Origin: a virus
IMG/VR virus record: IMGVR_UViG_3300048597_000147
Coordinates: 1 to 45,663 of that record
Length of the DNA: 45,663 nucleotides
Direction: 5' to 3' (one strand)
A program made the position numbers and the translations under genes. This document shows, piece by piece, positions 30,400 through 38,900 of the stretch; the stretch's first letter is position 1, and every line of letters starts with the position of its first letter. Below the pieces are notes generated by a model that searched no databases, had not been told where the DNA came from, and saw only the letters and a program-made list of their open reading frames with translations.

Positions 30400-31551
30400 C
30401 TAGCTAATGACCGAGCAACCCTTGAGGAGACCATGGGCCTTCTCGGAGACCAGCACGAAGCCGAACTCACCGAGAATTTCCTTCACCTCGTAGTCACCCA
30501 TCGAGGGCCGGTCAATCACCTGCCAGTCACGGTAGGTAATCCAGCCAAGCTTCTCACTGTCCACCATGTACAGACGGTCGGGCGGGCAAAGATAGTCGAA
30601 CATAATCTCCACGCTGCCGAAGTCAGTCTCGATGGTCGTGATGGTCGAGCCGCCCCGCTTCTCGCTGCGGGTAGTCGTGATGGTGCCTTCGTAGAACGAA
30701 CTCATCTTACGACGCAGCCAGGCGTTCATAATCAGAGTATCGGGCTTGCCGCCGGCCAGGAAGCACTTCACGAACAAATCTTCCACATCCTTGCGGGTGA
30801 CGGCCCGGCCTGCCAGGTTCTCGACGTTCGTGGTCACGAACTGTTCAAACCCACCCATGGCCCGGGGAATCCCGGCTGCGCCAGCGTTGCGGCGCCCGTG
30901 GTAGAAAGTATTCTGCAAGAGGATGGGGAGCGTGCCGGCCTTGAACTTCTCGCCCATGCCGTCCGACCCACCCATCAGCACCGCCAGGTGGTAGGCCATG
31001 GTATCCGTGATACCGTACTTGGTGTCCACCTGCTCCGAGCCGGTGACCTTCACAGCCTCAGAGAAAATCTGAGTGAAGTTGTAGTCATCGGTCGCCTCGG
31101 TTGTGTAGCCGGTGTCATAGTCGGCCCCTTCCAGGCGGGCGATGGTTGTGCGGGTCGCCTGCGCACCGGTCAGATGCGTAGTGGCCGTGGACCCACCAAA
31201 GCCACGGGTGACGGTCAAGGTATTGCCGACGACGCCACTCACGTACATAAGTTCATCGTCAATCTTGATGACGTCGCCCTCCTTGAACAGAGAGCCATCG
31301 ACCACATCAACGCCGGTCTCGCTGTTGTCCAGGTCCTCCGCTGCCGTGGTGACACGGGGCGCAGCGTTCACGCCAAGAAGCCACTCATACTTGGTGTGGG
31401 GCCACTTGTCGAAACGGAACTTCCCCTCATTGTTGGTCCCGAACTTCTTGAGAAGTGGGGCCTCGTTCCAGTCAATTCGGTGGATAATCTCACCGACAGA
31501 ACGCACACGGACCTTGGAATTTCCGTATGTGTCCAGAGTACCTACAGGCAT
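30400..31551 (-). CDS. Major capsid protein (HK97 fold with insertion domain; SU10/DUF5309-like by recollection)
   Basis: 383 aa, following the scaffold gene. Contains YEWL...GDVIKIDDELMYVSGVVGNTLTVTRGFGGSTATTH plus a conserved C-terminal core. GGAGGA RBS. Confidence 0.8.
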   Translation of the reverse strand: MPVGTLDTYGNSKVRVRSVGEIIHRIDWNEAPLLKKFGTNNEGKFRFDKWPHTKYEWLLGVNAAPRVTTAAEDLDNSETGVDVVDGSLFKEGDVIKIDDELMYVSGVVGNTLTVTRGFGGSTATTHLTGAQATRTTIARLEGADYDTGYTTEATDDYNFTQIFSEAVKVTGSEQVDTKYGITDTMAYHLAVLMGGSDGMGEKFKAGTLPILLQNTFYHGRRNAGAAGIPRAMGGFEQFVTTNVENLAGRAVTRKDVEDLFVKCFLAGGKPDTLIMNAWLRRKMSSFYEGTITTTRSEKRGGSTITTIETDFGSVEIMFDYLCPPDRLYMVDSEKLGWITYRDWQVIDRPSMGDYEVKEILGEFGFVLVSEKAHGLLKGCSVIS

Positions 31552-31554
31552 TGC

Positions 31555-32196
31555 TTAGTCCTCCAAGAGCATCTTGTAGTACGCCAACGCATTGCCCTTT
31601 GCTAGTTCATCCCGCATGGCAGACCGCTTCCGGTCCTCCGGGGTCGATGCCCCGCCCGTCCCCAAGTCCACCCGGTTCGCCTCTAGCCGCTGCTGCTGCA
31701 CAGCCTGGGCTTGTGGTGAGTTCTGGCGGGCGTACTCCAACGCCAGCTTCACCGCTTCTTCATAGCTCGTAGCGGCAGCAAAGATACTGGTCGGGGCGCC
31801 CGAGGACCTTGATAGTTCCTCAATGTCCTTCTGGCGCTGCTTCTCCTCCTCTATCCGGGCGAACGTAGTCTCGTACTGCTGAATACGTTGGTCCTTGAGC
31901 CGAAGCTGATACTCAACCTTCTGCTCTGGAGACATTGAAGCCATGACTGCCTCATGCTGGCGCTGCTCCTGTTCTTGGAGCTTGCGCTGCATATCGCTCA
32001 TGGTCCGACTGACCTGCTGCTGATACGCCTTGAACTCGGGCAGTTCATACAGGTTGACCGAACTCTTGCCCGGTGCCTGCTGCCCTGGTTCTGTCCCCGG
32101 CGACTGTTGAGGCGCAACCGGTGCGCTTGCCTGCGATTGTCCAGGTTCGTTAGGAGTCGCAGGGGCGATGGGCTGGCTTGTCAATTCATCTGCCAT
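31555..32196 (-). CDS. Putative scaffolding protein
   Basis: 213 aa, Gln/Glu-rich coiled coil, directly upstream of the capsid gene. Confidence 0.55.
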   Translation of the reverse strand: MADELTSQPIAPATPNEPGQSQASAPVAPQQSPGTEPGQQAPGKSSVNLYELPEFKAYQQQVSRTMSDMQRKLQEQEQRQHEAVMASMSPEQKVEYQLRLKDQRIQQYETTFARIEEEKQRQKDIEELSRSSGAPTSIFAAATSYEEAVKLALEYARQNSPQAQAVQQQRLEANRVDLGTGGASTPEDRKRSAMRDELAKGNALAYYKMLLED

Positions 32197-32238
32197 TACA
32201 TTCCCCTTTTGTCGATAAATGCAACTTATGTCGATTCA

Positions 32239-32267
32239 ATACTGAACACTAGCCCTATGCTTGTCAA
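32239..32267 (-). promoter_or_regulatory. Candidate internal promoter TTGACA-N17-CAGTAT upstream of scaffold/capsid
   Basis: The minus strand reads ttgaca agcatagggctagtgtt cagtat. The gap also holds two TGTCGAT repeats. Confidence 0.3.
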
Positions 32268-32273
32268 TCCCCC

Positions 32274-32939
32274 CTATGGGAACATGGACAGCGGGTTACC
32301 CCTATAGTTCCCACCATACGGGTCGTACATCATCCCGTTACCGGGTTGGGGGGCGAAACGCACCCGGTCATCACCCGTAGGAGGGTAGGGCATGTTAGGG
32401 TTCGGCGGGCGCCAGGCCGGGCGCTGCTGGCCTACCTGCGGAATGAATACCTGCAAGTCCTCAGCCATCATTTGCTCCGGGGCTTCGTAGCCGCTTTCAA
32501 CCTGCTGGCCCATCCACGGCTGCCGCCAGGCTGACGGGCGTACCCCACCATTGCGGGCCGTGGGGTAGGGTTGGCCCGTAGCCGGGTCCAGGCCGCCAGG
32601 CGCAAGAACGTTCGGGTTGTTGCCGAGGCGGGGACGTAGGTCCTCAGTCGCTGTGGCCGTGGATGCGCCGGCCATAGGCGCCTTGTCCCATCCCCGCCGC
32701 ACCGCCCGGCCGCCCGAGTTGTAGCCCGTGGTCATCGTGGCGCCGACGTTAGGGTTCGCCTGGTATTCCCGCTTCTCCTCCTTGCGCTGGATGGGGGATG
32801 CGCCGGCATCCCCCGCACTCTGGTAGTCGCCCCATGCCACGTTGCCGAGGCTGTCAATCTTGCGCCCGTAGCGGTCGAAAGAAACTAACCCATCGGCACT
32901 AACATAGGCTGCATTGTCTGGATGCTTGTTCTTAGCCAT
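32274..32939 (-). CDS. Pro/Gly/Asn-rich low-complexity protein (221 aa), internal-virion candidate
   Basis: ORF between the giant gene and the scaffold gene. No fold recognised. Confidence 0.6.
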   Translation of the reverse strand: MAKNKHPDNAAYVSADGLVSFDRYGRKIDSLGNVAWGDYQSAGDAGASPIQRKEEKREYQANPNVGATMTTGYNSGGRAVRRGWDKAPMAGASTATATEDLRPRLGNNPNVLAPGGLDPATGQPYPTARNGGVRPSAWRQPWMGQQVESGYEAPEQMMAEDLQVFIPQVGQQRPAWRPPNPNMPYPPTGDDRVRFAPQPGNGMMYDPYGGNYRGNPLSMFP

Positions 32940-32948
32940 ATCTCCTCA

Positions 32949-35900
32949 TCACTTCCATTTCGTCCGGGCCGGTTTGAGTCGGTCGCCAGCGTAGAACCAG
33001 TCAGGCAATTCCCCCACCCGCTGGATGGGGCGCCACTCCTTGATGTATTGTGGGAGAACCTCTAAGTTCCTGTCCATCCCCTGCGGGTCAACGTAGGGGG
33101 TCCGGGGTTGGAATCCACCACCGCCACCGCCATATCCCCCACCACCACCGCCACCACCCCATCCGTTGCGGGTCGGTCCACCGCCCCCACGGAACGCCGA
33201 GGCGGGCAATAGTCCACTTCCGGCTGCACGCTGTTGCTGCGGCAGCAGTCCATACCACCAGTCGAGCCATTCCTTTAATCCCTCCTGGTCACGAATCGCC
33301 CGACGTTCTTCACCCGTCGCCGTGCGGTATCGCTCCACCTTATCCCAAATGTCCCGGCCGAACATGCGTTCGGCTTCCGCCCAATCCGTCCCATAGTTGC
33401 GTTCTACGCTGGTGCGGTTCGGGTCATAGGGGCGAGGTCGCCCGTCCACCCACGCATCCACCATCCACGCCTTGGGGTTGGCATCCAAGTAGGCGCTGCG
33501 CCGTTCCTGGTCCCCGGGGTTGTCGGTCCACTTCGGGGTTCTGGCCCACGCCAGCACAGCGTCAGCCCCATAGCGTCCACTGAGGAACTTGAAGCCTTCC
33601 GGTTCAAATGCCGCCAGGTTGTACGCATCGACTTCCGGGTATTGCTCCTTGAAGCGTGCCCGGGCATCACCCTTCGGCAAGTCGAGGTACTGTTCCCACA
33701 GGGACAGCGCACCATCCCCGTAAGCGTTTGCCACTTCGTAGCGTCTTGCGCCCCAATTTGCATCCCCTTGCTTCTCGTAGCTTTCCCAGGCGATGCGGTT
33801 CTTCTCACGCTGCTGCTTCTCTAAGTCGGTGTAGTTGCGCTCCTGGCGTTCCTTCCACATCGACGCCGCTTCTTGCTCAGAGAATCCGAGGGCCACCAGA
33901 CCGGCAACAACGCTCTCATCACGCTTTCGGTAATAAGCATCTGTCTCCTCCCGTGATGCGCCTTCACCCGGGCGCCCTGGCATATCGTAGGCAGCGTCAA
34001 ATACTGCATCCGCATCGGCCATCCGCTTCTCATCCGGGTTCATGCCCCCGTCATAGGTAAACCCATTCCCGGGCCCGTTGCTGCTAGGAATCGGGTACTT
34101 CTCACTGAGGGCGTTCGCCCCGTCGTAGGCCCCGCTAATCTGTGGCTGCCACTTGTCCATCACGCCCCGGCGAATCTTCGTGAGTTCACCAGACTTGATG
34201 TTCGGGTTCGCCAGAATCGCAGCATCAACGGCAGCATCCGCTTCCGCCTTTGCCTGCGCACGCAGGTCCTCGCCCTGGTCATAGCCTGCGCTAATCTGTG
34301 CGCTGGCGCCTGGAGGTCTCCCCTCGCCGCCAGGGATGAGAACACTGGTCCCCCACCCTACCGGCAACTCGGGATTGCTTTCCAGTACGGAATCCCGAGC
34401 CGCCTTGCTTCCGCCCGGGTTCGCCGGCCCATAGCCAAACTCCCGATACTGCTGCGCTGCGGCCCGGGCTTCCTTCTCCCCTTCGGGGTAATACTGGTTC
34501 GTGAGACCCGTCAACCAGCCGCCCAACTCACGGCCAAACCGTTCGACGCCAGCCCCTGCTACGTTCTGTTCGTAGGCAGCCTTGGCCGCCTCCAGATTGC
34601 CCGGAGGAATGAGCGTGCCGGGGTCCACACCTTCTTGGATGTTGTCGGCGTACTGCATCGCATACTGCGCCGTCGCCTGGTCCAGATTGCCCTGCGCCGT
34701 GTTGTTGCGGATAGTGCGGCCCACGAAGTACGGGTCAAACTCTGTTCCGAGAGAGAACATCCCCCCCGTCTGCATCCCCGCCTGGCCCGCTGCTTGCAGA
34801 CCGTAGGCGCCGATGCGGGCCAGCGGGAAGTAGTCGCCTATCTGCTGCGCCTCTGACCACTGCTGGAAGCGAGGTTTTTCCCCGTCCTTGACCGGCATGT
34901 TTTCATCCATCCACGCCCACAGAGGCCCCTGATACCATGGGAATGTTTTCTCCCCGAGGTACTGGAGGGTCGAGTTGAGAACATTCTGCTGCACGTCCTC
35001 TGATTCAATCTCCTCAGTGAACGCCGAGGGCATGTACATGGAAAATGGCAGCGTCCAAACCAGCGGGTTCTGCAACCGGTCAGGCATCCATGGAGTATCG
35101 ATAACCTCTTTCAGCGGGTTCGGAACCGTGCCCTGTAACCGCTGCGGGCGCTCCACTACCTGGCCGTCCACGACGTCTGTGCGCTGGTTCTCGCCAGCGA
35201 TAGCCCGCTGTGTCTCCATCCAGAAGTCCAGCAGGGCCGGCTTTGCCATCACCCGCTGCATCCAGTTCCCGGCCGACCGGGTAAAGTAGTAGTGGAACGG
35301 CAGCACCAGGGCCAGGGCCGTGTCAATGTTGCGACGGTCGTTAAAGTCCATCATCGCAAACTCGCCCATCTTGCGCCCGTGGTCGCTGGCCGCACGCATC
35401 ACGTTATCCCACGCAGGTAGGAGCCGCTTGTTCACAATGTCCAGAACCTGCAACTGCTGTGCCGGAGTAAGTTTGTTCGGCTGCCCCGCCAGGATTGAGG
35501 CGAGGTTCGCCCGGAGATATTCTTCCAACTTGTCCACGCTTTGCAGTTGGCGCAGGGCAGCATCGCCCGCTTCCGGCATCGACTTACGTGCGAGCCGGGC
35601 CTGTTGAATCCCCTGCTTGATGGATGCGTAGGCATCCCCGTCAGGGGTGAAGGACAGACCCTCGCCCGTGGGGTGCCACATGCCCCGACGTGCCGGACGG
35701 GGAACCATCCAGTCAGGCCACGCCTTGACCGCACCGAGGCCCCCACGCATTTCAAACAGGGCATCCTGCCCGCCATTCTTCATACTGTCGATGGCAGATT
35801 GAAGCATCGCCAGTTTATCGGCGCCGCCTCCGGCGAACAGGGCATCCTGCCCGCCCATGACGTTCAGCGCATTGTCGGCATACCGGTTAAGTGCTGCGCT

Positions 35901-38900
35901 GATTGTCTTGCTTGTCCGAATGTTGGCGTCGAAGAACTGGACCAGTGCCTTTGTCGCCTCGTCCATTTCTCCGAATAGGCCGACCTGCTGCAATACCGTA
36001 GCAATGCTTTCGCCCTTGTTCCGCACGTCGAGCAGAGTCATAGCGGCATCGGCCAACTCCCGCCCGATAGCAAGGTCCGGGTTCTGCAGTTGAAGCTGCG
36101 CCAGTTTGCCGATGGTGCGTTCGATTGCGTTCCCGATGTTGGCTAGGTCGGGCTGCGGGTTCATCACATAATTGCGCAGGATGGCGTCAGCGTCTGAGAA
36201 CACGGTAGCAAACAACGCACCCCTAATCGTGTCTACGCCTTGCGTCGTCAGTTCCCCGTTCGGCCCAACAAACGCAGCACGCTCCGTGTCTGGAATCTTA
36301 GCCATGACACGACGCACGAACTCCCTGCTACTGGCAAGCGATAGGGCTTGCCGTAGGTTGTCAGTCGTCTTGGTGTCGAAGTTCACAAGGTCGCCGGCCG
36401 TCAGTTTGCGGGCGAGGGTCTTGGCCGATTCAGATGCGTTGTACGCCAACGTAGTACGCTGGTTTGCTTCTTGCGCAAATGCAACGGGGTCCACATCCTG
36501 CGGCAGCCTACGCACAAGTACGGGCTTATTCATGCCCTCCAAGCGGGCGGCGGGAATACCAAACTGTGCCGCCCGCTGTGATAGTGCGGTGCGGTAGTTC
36601 TGATAACTGGCGTCGTCGGCCAGGCGCATCGCCATTGTGCGCCCGTTCCCCGACAACACAACTCCGCTACTGTCCACAATAGGACTGCCACGGTCCAGGG
36701 CATTTGTTCCGGCCAGCAACTCGTCAGGGTCGAGCCGCTGCGCCATCGTGTTGACCTGCTGCAATCCCGCCGCTTGGCTGCGGTCACGGGGCTGTAGTGC
36801 AGCCGGGTAAGCTTGATTCACCCGGCCGCTTGCATCGTTGGATGCAACGAGAGCATCCAGTTCCACCACATCATATTGCGCCGTGTACTTGCGTGTGGGG
36901 TCGCTCCAGATTTCCACTGTGGCGCCAGCACTGGCGGGCGTGCTGGAAGTAGCACGCTTGTTGTAGTACGCCAGCACCTTCGGCAAATCGGCAGGAGACA
37001 AGTCCTCTAGCTTGCGGATGCGCCCCGTGAGACCGATTTCCTGGCGATGCTTGTTGATACTGTTGACAAGCCATTTGTCCGTCTGGTCCGTGCCGATGTT
37101 CGCACTTGACGCCACCTTGCGCACGTCGGTCAGCGTAGTTGTTGCCGTACTCGCAACAGGTGTAGGTTCCTCAAAATCGTTAACCTTTGGGGTTAACAAT
37201 TCTTCCGGTACATCATCCGCTGCGAGGGCGCCTTCTTCAAGCACATCATCCAAGACGGGGGTCAACAATTCTTCCGGCACGTCGTCCGTGACGAAGCCCG
37301 CCTCGCCCATGGCATCCGCCGTCGCCTGGGGGTCAGCCTTGGCAGCCTCGATGAACTCATCCGGCGAACGCAGCGGCGCCACGTCCTCCATTACATCATC
37401 AACAATCTCCTCGATGTTGCCTTTGACCAGGGCCTTGTAATCTTCAATAACCTGCTTGGGAACATAGACCCCATTCCCACCTGACACGGCCCGAGCCGCC
37501 TCAGTGTTGCCGACAATCTTCGGACCACGGGACGGCCCGCCCAACATTTCAGGAGTCGCCCCGCTTTTGGTTTGTGGGGCCTGCCCCCGTCCCTCCTCCA
37601 GAAGTCGCACCAAGTTCCCGTGATGGTCACGGGCAAGCCACGTCCCCGGGGTATCGTCGGTCGCCTCGCCTACCAGGTGGAAGTCACCAGCGAACGGGTC
37701 AGACCAGCGCAGTTTTGTCGGTGTCTGTTCGGCTAGGTAGTTCCAGACGACCGCACGCTTGGCAGCCGCAAACGCTTCTACGCTCTCATCTGCCAGCCGG
37801 TTCCACATCTGGTTGCGGTAGGTGAAGAACGCATCCCAATCTTTCGTGGCCTTTGCTTCTTCCGTCGCACGCCGCACCGCCCCGGCAGTCTGCGCACCCA
37901 TGGCGTCAGCCTGGCGCATGACGGCCGTAATAATGTCCAGGCTGTCAGTCGTCGGGAATCTGCGCAGCACGTCGAACAACTCAATGGCCGACCGGTCCAC
38001 AATGACACGGTTCGCTTCCCGAGCCGCCTTGTGCGCTGCATCGTCCCACGTTGCCCCCGGGTCGGCCATCCGTGCCGCCGCAATGTCCAACTCGTTGTAG
38101 TTGAAGTACCGGTCAATTACCTTGTTCCAGTCGTAACCGGTCGGCAGCGGTTCGCCGGCAGCATTGCGCAGCAGTGCCTGGCGAGATTCATCCATGACCC
38201 CTTGGAACTTGGCTGCGTACTCCTGCCACGCCTGCGCCGTCTGCTGATAGGCCCGCTGCCACACGGCCGTGCGTTCGGCCATGTTAGTTGTGCCGACGTT
38301 CGCCGCCTTAATCGCTTCCTGGTTAATCCCATCGACCAGCATCCGGGTTTCAACCTTGAGGTCATAGATGCGATTCCACACATCCATCCCGAACTGTAGG
38401 GCCTTGGGGTCCTGGGTCTGCACCAGGTCATCCATGAACGAACGATAGCCGTTGTCCTCAGTGCGGAGAATCTGTTTGGCAATCCGCCACGCCTCGGCGC
38501 CCGCCTCCTTCGCCCCGGTCCCACCCTTGCGGGCAAGCTGCGTGAGGTTCCGGGTCAGCAGGGCAGCGTCGTCAAGCTGAATATCCTTCGTGAACTCAGG
38601 GCGCCAGGATGGAGGTCCACCCGCTACAGCGTTCTCCGCATAGCGCCGGGCCCTCTCCAGAATCGGCTGCATCTTCGCCCACGCCTGCGCAGCCTGTTCC
38701 GGCCCATGGGTCTGAATAATGTCGTTGATTGCCCCACGCAATTCCAGGGGCATAAGCTCATCGGGGATGCGTGCAGCGGTCGGGTCCTTGACCACCATCC
38801 CCGCCACCGCCTCACGCATCTTGCCTGCAACGTTGGTCTTGTCCCCCGTCTTGGCGGCCTCAATCGCAACGTTCGCCAGCACCCGAGCTACATCGTCCTC

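Noticed and set aside
29905-31605. 566-aa plus-strand ORF, the third-longest ORF in the window
   Set aside because: It lies antisense to the well-supported capsid and head-associated genes. It is Arg/Gly/His/Leu/Val-rich with no motif or RBS. Long antisense ORFs are expected in GC-rich DNA.
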